From: an uncultured virus (IMG/VR IMGVR_UViG_3300021197_001844)
Taxonomy: Duplodnaviria; Heunggongvirae; Uroviricota; Caudoviricetes
Virus record (IMG/VR): IMGVR_UViG_3300021197_001844
Reading direction: 5' to 3' (one strand)
DNA: 64,000 nt
The notes beneath the pieces were generated by a model. It saw nothing but the letters and a program-made list of their open reading frames with translations, had not been told where the DNA came from and ran no database searches. How positions within the stretch are numbered: the first letter of the stretch is position 1; each line of letters begins with the position of its first letter. The translations under genes were made by a program, and so were the position numbers. Of this stretch, positions 37,787 through 47,891 are shown in pieces.

Positions 37787-37976
37787 TTACTTTCGCATTG
37801 CTTTTTTATGTTGCTCTGCTTCTCTTTCATATTCATCGATAGTCCTCTTCAGCCACCACGCCCTTAAACCTATGGGTAATGAGTAAAGTTCAGACAATGA
37901 CCAGCCGCCATAATGCTTTAGTGTAAAAAAGCACTCATACACGTTGGCCATATATTCATCGTTCAGGCCAAAAAAA
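37787..37976 (-). CDS. Tail assembly chaperone C-terminal extension (probable frameshift product)
   Basis: FFGLNDEY..YECFFTLKHYGGWSLSELYSLPIGLR..WLKR in the +1 frame after a T7 run; no RBS of its own. Confidence 0.65.
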
Positions 37977-38792
37977 GTCTGTCCCCAAGGACACCTCCAA
38001 CTCCTTCTCGTATCCACATTCGTCGCACTCAAAGTCCCGAATGATTTTAATACTAGGAGTGATGCTGCTAAAAGCATCCCTTAGGTATCTGCTCTGTGAT
38101 GATGGTATATTCTCAATAAAATGCTTGATGACATTTGGCTGAGTGTGTCCCTCGACGGAAACAACAAATAATTTCATTTGCTCCGTTATTGAAGACGCTT
38201 CCTTCTTTTTGGATGATACCATTTTGAATATTGTCATCTCGTCACGACCAGTTAACAGTCTGACTTCAACTTTAAAATTTGAAACCGGTAGAGTTATTAC
38301 ATAGTTGCCATTTTCTAGTCGTTGGGCATCATACTCACCATACTCATCCCCACTATAAATAGTGGGAGTAGTCAGGTCAAAAGTTCTCTTGGCTACCGTC
38401 CCACAATTAGGACAAGTCACCTTTGTATTATAATCGGAACCATATCCACTTGTCCTAGCTGCGATTATAATAGCGTTTCTGTCGCAAAGTAACAAGCCCT
38501 GTGCCTTTATTGCTTTGTCACATATTACATTAGATATTAATCTATCTAACGCTTTACCATTCTTTAATAAGGTTTTTGAAGTTAATATATCTTCTTCCTT
38601 TGCCGTCATGTGTTTGATTTCAATCACATCTTGCTTGTGCAGTGGGTGTCCTACCTCATAATATTGACCACCAGACGGTAATTCAACAAACTCAGTGGGC
38701 GTAACAAACTGCAAAACCGATGAGGGCTCAACTGGAGCCTCATTCCCCGCACCGCTTCTTGCTCCGAAACGGTCCTCGTTTTTTCTTATCAT
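37956..38792 (-). CDS. Tail assembly chaperone / T4 gp26-like protein
   Basis: VELPSGG, MTAKEEDIL, CPNC..CDEC, ends DFFWP; upstream of the tape measure gene. Confidence 0.8.
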   Translation of the reverse strand: MIRKNEDRFGARSGAGNEAPVEPSSVLQFVTPTEFVELPSGGQYYEVGHPLHKQDVIEIKHMTAKEEDILTSKTLLKNGKALDRLISNVICDKAIKAQGLLLCDRNAIIIAARTSGYGSDYNTKVTCPNCGTVAKRTFDLTTPTIYSGDEYGEYDAQRLENGNYVITLPVSNFKVEVRLLTGRDEMTIFKMVSSKKKEASSITEQMKLFVVSVEGHTQPNVIKHFIENIPSSQSRYLRDAFSSITPSIKIIRDFECDECGYEKELEVSLGTDFFWPER

Positions 38793-38815
38793 GCTTACTC
38801 CTGTGTATCGTAAGA

Positions 38816-39535
38816 TTATTTATTTGATATTTTATTTTCAGTGCTTTCCTCAGAAGGCTTCTTTTTTTTCTTTGTCTTTGGAGGATCTTCTTTATTTCTA
38901 TCATTAATTAGTTTTACAAACTTTTCTTTATCCGTAATTTTAATTTTACGTCTTTTGCCTTTACCCTCGATTACTGCGATACCTTGCTGGGCGGCTTCAT
39001 TATATGTATTTAAAATGTCGCTGACTTCATTTTCGATTGCACCGGCCGCTTCATATTTTTTATCATTAATTTGGGCTTTAGTGAGTGTTTTAATTGGCGA
39101 CAAATCCAAACCACTTGCTGTAAAATAATATTTTCCTCCTCTTGTCTTGACTCTAATGGGTTTTTTGTTTTTTCTACTTTTTGTGACCAAGCCTTGTATT
39201 TCCGCCTCGGTGAGCAAATTCTTTTTTATCTTCTTCTGTCTTTCTTTCTCAGCAGCGACTGCTGCTGCTTCTGCTTCGACCCTAGCCATGGCTTTTTGAT
39301 AAATTATGTCGTCTTGTTCTGCTTCAGAGAGGCCGTAATCGATCTTTAATTCTTTAGCACCTTGACCTGTTTCAGTGCCTAGGGATTTAATATCAGAAGA
39401 GCTAGAGTCTTTCGCCCTCTCTTTAACAGAATACTTAAATGTTTGAAATTCAGTTTCGCCAATTATAGGAGCACCACCTTTAAATTTATTTTTAAAGTTT
39501 GTAAAGAGGTCAGAAGTAATTGGCTTTTTGGACAC
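38816..39535 (-). CDS. Hypothetical Lys-rich protein in the tail cluster
   Basis: GTG start after GGAG; fills the gap between tube and chaperone genes. Confidence 0.65.
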   Translation of the reverse strand: MSKKPITSDLFTNFKNKFKGGAPIIGETEFQTFKYSVKERAKDSSSSDIKSLGTETGQGAKELKIDYGLSEAEQDDIIYQKAMARVEAEAAAVAAEKERQKKIKKNLLTEAEIQGLVTKSRKNKKPIRVKTRGGKYYFTASGLDLSPIKTLTKAQINDKKYEAAGAIENEVSDILNTYNEAAQQGIAVIEGKGKRRKIKITDKEKFVKLINDRNKEDPPKTKKKKKPSEESTENKISNK

Positions 39536-39537
39536 CT

Positions 39538-40134
39538 TTATTCTCCGTATATTGCGTAATCATAGACAACTTCAATTTCATACTCAACCGGTTCATCAGA
39601 ATCATATGATAAATCACCATATTTGATAGAACGGATAATAGGATTAACTAATGTCCATTTTTCATTAACCTCACCATCTGGTGTCAGTAGCTGTATCAAT
39701 ACATTTTGCTTTTGATAGCTAGCTTCTGCGAAATCTGCCGCTTCTGTTAGTCCCTTACCAAAAGCATTAGCTATTGTTGATGACTTCTCCGGAGAACTAA
39801 TTGTAGTTTTATCGGTTCCCTTTGTGCCCAAAGAGTGACCAGTACTGTGTGGGTAATCATATCCTGTATTATTTAACATTTGTGATAGAAACCCAGCAGT
39901 ATCAAATTCACTACCGTTCCCGTTCAAATCAACAAACGTGATAACAATTGGGTTCCACTTTACTATTCCCGGATAATTAAAATGGTGATTTAACAGTTTG
40001 TAGTCTTTGTTGCTTATTTCCACACTTGGCTTTGTACAAGATTTAACATTTGGCAAAAAGAAAGTACTAGCAAAAGAAACAATAAACTTGCTCTTTTGCT
40101 TTAATTCAAAATTAGTTGTATTCCACCATGCCAT
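39538..40134 (-). CDS. Tail tube protein paralog (gp19-like)
   Basis: KPSVE, YPG.VKW.PI.ITFVD, EKWTLVNP, YGDLSY, YDYA. Confidence 0.85.
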   Translation of the reverse strand: MAWWNTTNFELKQKSKFIVSFASTFFLPNVKSCTKPSVEISNKDYKLLNHHFNYPGIVKWNPIVITFVDLNGNGSEFDTAGFLSQMLNNTGYDYPHSTGHSLGTKGTDKTTISSPEKSSTIANAFGKGLTEAADFAEASYQKQNVLIQLLTPDGEVNEKWTLVNPIIRSIKYGDLSYDSDEPVEYEIEVVYDYAIYGE

Positions 40135-40144
40135 TTACTTTCTA

Positions 40145-40741
40145 CTACTCAGTGGGAGGAGTAAGGGCACCAGCCTCAAAGAAGGTTGTAGATGTGCCAG
40201 AGCCTGTTGAAATATCACAGATAGCATAGTCATACCTAAATTCAACTTCCATTTGTGTCAGATCATCATTTTCGTAGTCAAGTTCACCGTATGTAATTTT
40301 CTTGATAAATGGATTGTGTAGCGTCCACGATTCAATTTCGTTGTCGTTTGAATCCATTTGAATAATTTGCACAGATACAAGGGCACCTGCTACTTTCTTT
40401 TTACTTTGTGTAATTAAAGGGTCTGATGGAGCAGAAAGTGGCTTGTATCCAGAACTTTCGAATAAACTGTTAAGCTTTTTAACTGTACCATCGTTTCCTG
40501 TTTCTTCTTCAATATCTACAGGATCAACCAATGTCAATGTAACAGTTTGCCACTCAACTCTCCCGGGCCAATAATAAGTGTGATTTAAAAAAGCATGCTT
40601 AGATTCAGTAACGGTAAAATTTGGTTTTGAGACTTTTTTAGCCCACCACACCAGTCCAGCACCACCTTGTAGGCCGCTGATTACCACCTTAAATCTAAAA
40701 TTCCTTTTTGGGTCTTTACCCGTGTTATTCCAAAATGCCAT
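40145..40741 (-). CDS. Tail tube protein (gp19-like)
   Basis: DPKRNFRF, KPNF, WPGRVEW, ESWTL.NPFI, YGELDY, RYDYA. Confidence 0.9.
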   Translation of the reverse strand: MAFWNNTGKDPKRNFRFKVVISGLQGGAGLVWWAKKVSKPNFTVTESKHAFLNHTYYWPGRVEWQTVTLTLVDPVDIEEETGNDGTVKKLNSLFESSGYKPLSAPSDPLITQSKKKVAGALVSVQIIQMDSNDNEIESWTLHNPFIKKITYGELDYENDDLTQMEVEFRYDYAICDISTGSGTSTTFFEAGALTPPTE

Positions 40742-40774
40742 TATAAATGTTCTCCTATATTTTTAATTAGTGGC

Positions 40775-43741
40775 TTATACAAAAGATGCACCGGTGCGAG
40801 TAACAATAAAGTCGATAGCAATATACTCAATAGCTCTAGCCGGTTTCAAATAAACTTGAGCATATAATACATTCTGATCAATTAACTCGGGTGTTGTAGT
40901 TGTTTCGTCTAACACCAGTTTATAGTCGGTTAAACCGAACCTTGCCTTAACATCTGCAAGAATGGGTTCTGCTTGTCCAACGAATCTAGCCCATGTAGAT
41001 GAAATGTTCTGGTCGAACAAGATATTCTTTGCAACAGTATTGATACGTGTCTTAAGGTAGATTAATAATCTCCTAACATTAATTCTGCTCAAAGCAGAGT
41101 TGCTAGCAGCCTGTAAGGTTTTTTGACCAAAGATCACAACCCCTTCATTTGGGAATGTAGCAATTGGATTAACGTTACACTCATCATATAACAAATCTCT
41201 ATCATCAGAATCAAGTCTCTGTCTAGCTCTAGTGACAACAGGACCAGAAGATCCGCCCAATGCTCCAAGGCCACCTCTGTTAAAACCGGCTGGTGCAAAC
41301 CAAGCGGCAGAAGCTGCTTCAGACTGTGCAATTCCGCCTAACGCTGCCAAAGATGATGGAGCCCACAATTTTCTATTGTCGTTAAGGACATCCATAATTT
41401 GAACAGCAGGGTAGAATGCACAAGCATAAGTACTATCAAGGTTTCGACTATCTAGTGAGCTTTTTGCAGTAGCAGGTGTACCGGTTCTCGTCGCCTCTGA
41501 ATCTGTAGTCTCATACTTTGAAGTATAATCGTTTTCAAGGTCTATGATAGTTAAGACATCTTGTCTTTCATCAGCAGTGTCGATAAGATTTGTAGTAACT
41601 TGTTTGAACCAGAAGCCGGGAGCAATAAGAAGATTACCCGGAACGACCTCAGGGTCATGAGCAGTGCCAATAGCCTTTTTAACTGAAAATAACTCAGACA
41701 TCTTAGTCAAATCCTCAACATCGGAATTTGACTCGAATTGGGCTTTCATCAGTGTATTACTTAAAGGCTCTTTCTCTTTGATATTGAACCCGTGACGACC
41801 ACCCCATAGAGGCATGACAAACTGTCTTACTTTTTTATCAACAAGTGCTTTTGCACCATTTGTTGCTGTGTACGAAGACTCAGCTTTTCTTGAACCACTT
41901 ACCCATGTAACCGTGTTTGTGGTTGTATTAATTTTGATATCATCTAAAGTGAAAATAAAGCTATGCTCGAAACCAGTAGCAGCCGTTTTAGTGTGCTGGC
42001 TAGTGTTAAAGTGACTTGGCAATGCTCTTAGATAATCAACATAGTCAACGTCATGTACTGTTGAGGTTGTGCTAATTTTTGGCCTGATCCCCCAATAAAC
42101 TTTATATGGATTTGTGGCACCACCCTCGGTACCATTCTCTCTTAGTGCGATACTTGGGAAAGTAAATCTAGCAACCTGACCTGTTCCCAATCCGGGGATA
42201 AGATCTTTGTCACCTTCACCCGGGCCTCTAGGGACAGAACCGGAGCCTTTGAAAAAAGTATTGGAAGTTGCAGTTTCTTTGGCCAATCTATTATGAGTAG
42301 TGGAGCCTTCTTTATTTGCTGGGTCTAATGTAGCGGCACAATTACTACCTTGTGAAAGTTTAAAACCAATTGGTCTTTCTGGTCCGGCAAAGCCCCAAGG
42401 AACATCAGACGGTATAAAACTAGGATCATCGCCATCAAATTCTACTCTGATAAACCTAGATGCGTTTGGAATACTACCTAAGGCTGCGCTATACTTTCTT
42501 TCAGACTCATCCCATGTACCAGCATAAGCATCACCAATAACATTTCTAATGAATCTTGGATCTGCCGTATTTAAGCTAATGTTCGTGAATTTTTCAAGAT
42601 CATTGCCTGCTAGGTCCTTAACACAAACACTAAATTTAGGATATGCATTAACATTGGCATTGGAAGGCAATTTAATATCCTCAATCGCAATCATAATTTC
42701 TTTTTGTAAATCATCACCACCATGCAAGGAACAAAATCTAAATAGCGGTTTGGCTAACAGATTTTTTGCATCGAAGTCTGCGGCAGCACCTGTGTCTCTA
42801 CCAAAAATCCAACCGGTTTTTGCTGGTTGGTGCTTAAGTCTTCTGTAACCCCAGTTTCCTGTTGCTGCGACCGATGAAGAATAATGAAGCGGTGCCAAGA
42901 AAGCTAGCTGCCCTGATGCGGTTGAGCCGGTAACCTTTGCTCTCAAACTTCTTTCATAAGACTCTCCAAGCCAATAATTTACAACTCTGTTTGATGGAGT
43001 AACAGTAGAATTGGTTTTTGTTGGGTTTGTACTGAAAACGTTTCTAATATACTTTGGTGAGGTTCTATCAAAGTTAAAGTTAATTGACGAACCGACTTTT
43101 GCATTACTAGAATTGTAAACATCCATAGTGAAACCAAGACTAGCAGCGTTTGATTGTATAAAATGCGAAGCACTGACAACGTCTGCTGCGCCCCCTACTT
43201 GAATCGCCGGCTTGCCCTTAAGAGCTAAGTGGCCACTGTCAACGTAAAAAACTGCCGCCAAAGAACCAGAATCCGCCGCTCTTAGACCGCCAACACTGGC
43301 GGAGTCGATCATAAACAAACCATATGCAGTTGAATTGTCAGCAACCACTGTGCTTGGGATGGCTGTATTTAATTGCCAGCCGGCGACACCATCACCTGTT
43401 ACAGTATTGGAGCTTTGGTCTCCAAGGACACGAACAATCGTGCATGGGCCATTTCCGGATGCTAGCCAAGCCTGTGCGGCATATGAGGCATATGTCGGTG
43501 CTTGAAAATTTGGACCGGCTCTCCATGCATCAGTATTAGCGCCACCCGGACCAGCCACTGGCTTTCCGAAAGTTTTAATAAATGCATCTAAGCTCTTTAC
43601 TCTTACTGGTTCCATCGCTGGTCCTTTGCGAGTTCTACCAATAATAATTGGCCCAGAGTCAGCAGTTTCTGCTGGTATCACCGATTCATCAATTTCTCTT
43701 ATTTTGATGCCGGGTGACAGGAAGTCGAATTCGTTTGGCAT
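40775..43741 (-). CDS. Contractile tail sheath protein (gp18-like)
   Basis: FLSPG...EID, WFAPAGFNRG, VNPIATFP, FGQKTLQ, RINVRRLL, KPARAIEYI. Confidence 0.96.
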   Translation of the reverse strand: MPNEFDFLSPGIKIREIDESVIPAETADSGPIIIGRTRKGPAMEPVRVKSLDAFIKTFGKPVAGPGGANTDAWRAGPNFQAPTYASYAAQAWLASGNGPCTIVRVLGDQSSNTVTGDGVAGWQLNTAIPSTVVADNSTAYGLFMIDSASVGGLRAADSGSLAAVFYVDSGHLALKGKPAIQVGGAADVVSASHFIQSNAASLGFTMDVYNSSNAKVGSSINFNFDRTSPKYIRNVFSTNPTKTNSTVTPSNRVVNYWLGESYERSLRAKVTGSTASGQLAFLAPLHYSSSVAATGNWGYRRLKHQPAKTGWIFGRDTGAAADFDAKNLLAKPLFRFCSLHGGDDLQKEIMIAIEDIKLPSNANVNAYPKFSVCVKDLAGNDLEKFTNISLNTADPRFIRNVIGDAYAGTWDESERKYSAALGSIPNASRFIRVEFDGDDPSFIPSDVPWGFAGPERPIGFKLSQGSNCAATLDPANKEGSTTHNRLAKETATSNTFFKGSGSVPRGPGEGDKDLIPGLGTGQVARFTFPSIALRENGTEGGATNPYKVYWGIRPKISTTSTVHDVDYVDYLRALPSHFNTSQHTKTAATGFEHSFIFTLDDIKINTTTNTVTWVSGSRKAESSYTATNGAKALVDKKVRQFVMPLWGGRHGFNIKEKEPLSNTLMKAQFESNSDVEDLTKMSELFSVKKAIGTAHDPEVVPGNLLIAPGFWFKQVTTNLIDTADERQDVLTIIDLENDYTSKYETTDSEATRTGTPATAKSSLDSRNLDSTYACAFYPAVQIMDVLNDNRKLWAPSSLAALGGIAQSEAASAAWFAPAGFNRGGLGALGGSSGPVVTRARQRLDSDDRDLLYDECNVNPIATFPNEGVVIFGQKTLQAASNSALSRINVRRLLIYLKTRINTVAKNILFDQNISSTWARFVGQAEPILADVKARFGLTDYKLVLDETTTTPELIDQNVLYAQVYLKPARAIEYIAIDFIVTRTGASFV

Positions 43742-43819
43742 TAAACATATCTCCTTTAAAGTTTCTATTCACAATAAATAGTAAGTTATTGAGCAAATGG
43801 AATAGTTTTGGTTTTAATA

Positions 43820-44986
43820 CTATTCATCATCACAAGCTATATCAGTAATTGCGTTATCGACAACTGTCACACGCCTTTCGTCTTCTCCAACTTCAAGGGC
43901 TATATCTCTTTCGTTAAACAAGGTTTCTTCACTTTTTATTACGCCATCAATAATATCAGTGATATCTCTTGGTCTGTAATCTGGATTGGCGGTTTGAAAA
44001 GGTAAGCCACTCTGGATAAGTCTGCTACGAGCAGCAACAATTTCCTCTAAAGGTAATGTTCTCAATTTTCTTATTGTTAAACAATATGAGTCATCCTCAG
44101 TCTCTCCGCCTCCCCCAGAAGTATCAATACCTCTGGTTAGATTTTCAGTAGCAGTTGAGGTTCTTCTGGGCAGTAATTGTCCGACAGGAATAACAGTTTC
44201 CGTCGCAGCAGAAATTTTCGCTATACTTTCTCTCTTAATAATTTTTGGTCTGGGTTCATTTGACCCTTCACCTATAACATATCCCAAAACTTTAATATCG
44301 ATTTTTGTTTGGAATTTCCTTTCCTCTTCAGACATATTTGATAAATTATTCGATGCAGAAAAGTCTTGTTGAATAAAAGATTCAAATCTGTGATTATCCT
44401 TTGTAAAGACAAAGTGATTAATTTGACCAGTTCTAGAGATAAATGGCAAAACCATTTGATTCATTTGCTGTTGGTATTCGCACCTCAGTGTAACAGAATA
44501 AGTAACACTGACATATGTTGGCAGCGGAATAAGATATTCATCAAAAACTATTTCACCATCATTCGACTCAGAAAATATTTGAGCTTCACCAGACTCTCTT
44601 AAGTTTTTTGCAATTCTTCTCTGGCTTGTTTTTGTCTGATTAAATTTAGAAACCAATTTATAGGTTCCACCAAGGTATTCTCGACCTTTTACTTTAGGCG
44701 GACCAAAATGAGCTTGTATAGCCCCTTTGAATGCCGGGTCCTTTTGTAGTGATGTACGCTCGACTGTCATAATTGGTAATATTAGTTTACCAGAGTTGTC
44801 TCTTATATTAGAATTCGCCTTAACTTGAAAAGCTCTCTCTGAACCGACCCAGATTATTGGCACTTTTTTAAAACCAGAATTGGTAAAAACATGAATGTTA
44901 AACTCTTTGTCTAGATGCTCAACAAACCCAGTATCTATTGTTTCTAATGTACACGGCTTTGCCGCAAATGTTTCTTTATTCGGCAT
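43820..44986 (-). CDS. Tail terminator/completion protein (gp15-like) with C-terminal extension
   Basis: LETID, KVPIIW..SER, LILP.M.VER, PTYV.VTY; follows the neck genes. Confidence 0.65.
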   Translation of the reverse strand: MPNKETFAAKPCTLETIDTGFVEHLDKEFNIHVFTNSGFKKVPIIWVGSERAFQVKANSNIRDNSGKLILPIMTVERTSLQKDPAFKGAIQAHFGPPKVKGREYLGGTYKLVSKFNQTKTSQRRIAKNLRESGEAQIFSESNDGEIVFDEYLIPLPTYVSVTYSVTLRCEYQQQMNQMVLPFISRTGQINHFVFTKDNHRFESFIQQDFSASNNLSNMSEEERKFQTKIDIKVLGYVIGEGSNEPRPKIIKRESIAKISAATETVIPVGQLLPRRTSTATENLTRGIDTSGGGGETEDDSYCLTIRKLRTLPLEEIVAARSRLIQSGLPFQTANPDYRPRDITDIIDGVIKSEETLFNERDIALEVGEDERRVTVVDNAITDIACDDE

Positions 44987-45470
44987 TGAAAACTCCATCT
45001 CTTGCCCTAATACATTGGGCTTGTATTTCAAAGCGATGCTCAGGCTGACCAAACAGTAATTTTGGCTCTATTAGCTTAACTATCTCGTAAAATATCGGAC
45101 CATACCTAACAAAGTCACCCTCCCTAACAAAAAGGTCTTGATCTTCCGTTATTCTTTTCTTTTGGAACTTTACTGATATTTTGGTTGTTTTATCTAAGGC
45201 GACATTTTCCATATATTCGGTCTCAACGCCCTGATACTCTACCATAGCAAACACCCTAACAGGGGGGAGAAAGGTTTTTTCTATTGCCTCACCGTAAAGG
45301 GGATGAAAACTGGTGTGATCAATGTCAATTGGAAAGTAAAGTATTTGCTGTCCGACTACTCTTTCCGATATTTCATCATTTACCTGTTTTACAAGGTTGC
45401 GCTCCTTCTCTCCAAGAAACATTGGCGGTGGTGGTTGTTCTGATTTGCTCCATTTGTTATCTTTTGACAT
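44976..45470 (-). CDS. Neck / head-closure protein (gp14-like)
   Basis: GQQILYF..LYGEA.EK.F.PP..EGDFV.Y..FYEI. Confidence 0.7.
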   Translation of the reverse strand: MSKDNKWSKSEQPPPPMFLGEKERNLVKQVNDEISERVVGQQILYFPIDIDHTSFHPLYGEAIEKTFLPPVRVFAMVEYQGVETEYMENVALDKTTKISVKFQKKRITEDQDLFVREGDFVRYGPIFYEIVKLIEPKLLFGQPEHRFEIQAQCIRARDGVFNAE

Positions 45471-45474
45471 AATA

Positions 45475-46737
45475 TTATCCTACAAATATCTTCAATGGAA
45501 CTCTTTCCAGTATAGCTGCGGTGTTATCTATCATGCCCTTGTCTGCTTCTGTCAGTTTTGGATAAGTCATCTCATCAAGTTGCGCTTTTAATTCATCCCT
45601 AAGAGCATTTTGCTCTTCTTTTGCTTGGCTTAACAGGTCTGATGCGTTTAAAGTAACAGACTCTCCGGGAATTGGGACAACACCACCGAATTTGCCTCGA
45701 ATTTGCCCTAGAGTCTCCTTAGACAGTGCCAAGCAGAACCTTCTTATCCATTGCTTACCTATAGAGTTGATATTTTCATATGGTACGTTCTCGAACGGAA
45801 GCGTATTCATGTTATTGACACCGGATTCTCCACCACCGTCATCGTCAAAAGGCCCAGTATCGACCGTGAACCTAATCCAAAACTTCTCTGGTGATACAGT
45901 ATCTGGTGTTGGGTATAATCTTAATTTGTTATCGTTGATCTCATATGAATAATGCGATGTTCTTGTATATAAGTGATCCTCATAGGCTACTGCTTGTATT
46001 TTGTTTTGCCAAGCAGGAATAACATTAAATGATGAGTCATCTGCATACTGGCCATAACTGTGGAAATCGCCAACAACATTCAGGCCACCGTAGTATCCAT
46101 AGAATCTCCACATTTGTCTCGGTGTTACATAGTAAACCTGCCTGACTTTGATTCTTTTGTCTCCGACTTTATTATAAAAAGGATAAGAACTATTATTAGA
46201 GTCAACAGATGCTGCCTTTACAATTGTTTGGAGGTCATAATCCTGTTGTTTCGCAACCATATCAAACGATGCTGAATAAAGAGGCTCTGTGCCACCTACA
46301 GTCGCTTCTGTGCTAAAGGTGTCCCCTAACCTAAAGGCGTAGTCAAAGCGGAATTTTGGGTACTTTGTGGCCACCCCTGTGCCTGTTGTAACTTCCCCTT
46401 GATGATTAAAAGAGGCTGTTGCTGCGCCTAGTGCTGAACCAAGCGAATTTTTTGCTTGGTGAATATTGACAAGATAAGAATATTCTAAACAAGCCTCTTC
46501 ATAATTAGCATAAATACTACCGCTTGTGATCTCTAAGTCGAGAACATCACCACCAAGCTTCTTATAAGTATATGCAACCTGAGTTGCGGCACCAGTTAAG
46601 AAGCCAACAGAACTCGTATATGCGCCGATAGCACATGCTTCTTTGATATGAGCAGTAGTAGTTTCCCCAAGAGTCACACTCTTTGGTAGTATTATAGCAC
46701 TAGTAGTAGATGCCGGTGTAAGTGTTGGTAAAGACAT
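45475..46737 (-). CDS. Neck protein (gp13-like)
   Basis: KLGGDVLDLE, WIRRFCLALSKETLGQIRGKF, LNASDL. Confidence 0.8.
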   Translation of the reverse strand: MSLPTLTPASTTSAIILPKSVTLGETTTAHIKEACAIGAYTSSVGFLTGAATQVAYTYKKLGGDVLDLEITSGSIYANYEEACLEYSYLVNIHQAKNSLGSALGAATASFNHQGEVTTGTGVATKYPKFRFDYAFRLGDTFSTEATVGGTEPLYSASFDMVAKQQDYDLQTIVKAASVDSNNSSYPFYNKVGDKRIKVRQVYYVTPRQMWRFYGYYGGLNVVGDFHSYGQYADDSSFNVIPAWQNKIQAVAYEDHLYTRTSHYSYEINDNKLRLYPTPDTVSPEKFWIRFTVDTGPFDDDGGGESGVNNMNTLPFENVPYENINSIGKQWIRRFCLALSKETLGQIRGKFGGVVPIPGESVTLNASDLLSQAKEEQNALRDELKAQLDEMTYPKLTEADKGMIDNTAAILERVPLKIFVG

Positions 46738-46774
46738 TCATAAAACCTCCGTTCACTTGTAAATAGTTTGCTAT

Positions 46775-47182
46775 TTATTCTTCGGATGTCTTTTTCTTTG
46801 TTGTGGCTCTTCGACGGGTCGTTGTACGCCTTCTTGTTGTTTTAGCTTTCGGCTTTGTCTTTGGTTTTGCCTTTGGCTTGACTGGCTCTTTTGGTGTAAC
46901 CTTAATCTTTGGCGCTGCTTCTTCGATCTTCTCGTCTTCCAATTCTGGGACTGGTTCTGTTGAAACGAATTGTGGTTCGATTACTTGAGCACTAACCTCT
47001 GGTTCTTTTTTAATACTGTCAAGCTTTTGCAAAATTGTATCGCAAGAACTTGACACACTTTTCATGCGTTCGAGGACGACTGAATTATCATCGACAACCT
47101 TTGTCATCTTTGCTTCTTGTTCTCTGGTTCTCATTCGCTCGATTCTTCGTTGTCGTCTCAAGCGTTGTGATTTTTTAGCCAT
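46775..47182 (-). CDS. Basic low-complexity protein
   Basis: R-rich N-terminus and K/P/T/R-rich C-terminus; GGAG RBS; late motif. Confidence 0.65.
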   Translation of the reverse strand: MAKKSQRLRRQRRIERMRTREQEAKMTKVVDDNSVVLERMKSVSSSCDTILQKLDSIKKEPEVSAQVIEPQFVSTEPVPELEDEKIEEAAPKIKVTPKEPVKPKAKPKTKPKAKTTRRRTTTRRRATTKKKTSEE

Positions 47183-47256
47183 TGTAACTCCTTGTTAGTT
47201 GCTGTAATTAGATTCAAATCTGAAAATTTGTCCGAAAATAAAATTCGGGAAATTAG

Positions 47257-47280
47257 AAAAAGCCCACCGAAGTGAGCTTT
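47257..47280 (-). terminator. Terminator after 47306-47761
   Basis: AAAGCTCAC-TTCG-GTGGGCTTTTT on the minus strand. Confidence 0.75.
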
Positions 47281-47305
47281 GACTTAATATCGTGGAGATT
47301 AGAGA

Positions 47306-47761
47306 TTAGGCTCCAAATACAACCTTGCCAACCGCCTCTACATTAGCAACGCCGGTGACATACCAAGTCGAGCCATCACATACACACTCAATCCAAGTGC
47401 CGGGTTGAATTTCTTTAGACAATGTAACTTGAAAATGGGTACTACCTGCTTGTTCCATAGCCGAATCCGCATTTGACCCTCCAGTAATATGCTCAAGAAT
47501 AGCACCAACAAAATCGCCGGCCTCTTCTTCAATAGAAGTGATTTTTACGGATGCGCTGGTTGTATCCATCTCAGTTTTAAAAATAAACTTGAAATAAGCC
47601 CCATCTTGCTTCGGAGGCAAAGTAACTGTAATTGCTGCTCCGGTATCATAGTCAATGATGTAAGTTTCACCAGTTTCGGCAGCGCCGATTGTTTTACTTG
47701 CAGTAATTGTTTCAACTCGTTGTCGGCTTGCGACTCTTGCACTTCTTGCAACTCTTGACAT
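47306..47761 (-). CDS. Putative head decoration protein
   Basis: Follows MCP; TVTLP..DGAYFKFI..CDGSTWYV beta-domain related to the fibre C-termini. Confidence 0.55.
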   Translation of the reverse strand: MSRVARSARVASRQRVETITASKTIGAAETGETYIIDYDTGAAITVTLPPKQDGAYFKFIFKTEMDTTSASVKITSIEEEAGDFVGAILEHITGGSNADSAMEQAGSTHFQVTLSKEIQPGTWIECVCDGSTWYVTGVANVEAVGKVVFGA

Positions 47762-47837
47762 AATTTATATCTCCTTTTATTCAATAAATCTTTTTGCGTT
47801 CAAGACGCATTCAGTAATAAATAGTATATTCAAATAG

Positions 47838-47864
47838 AAAACCCCCAACCAAAATGGAAGGGGG
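47838..47864 (-). terminator. Terminator after the major capsid gene
   Basis: Imperfect CCCCCTTCCA/TGGTTGGGGG hairpin then TTTT. Confidence 0.6.
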
Positions 47865-47891
47865 CATCTTTTTACATTCCTATGTCAGAGA

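Noticed and set aside
37977..38077. N-terminal part of ORF 37787-38077 as an independent gene start
   Set aside because: It lies within the chaperone gene without an RBS; better explained by a frameshift at 37970-37976
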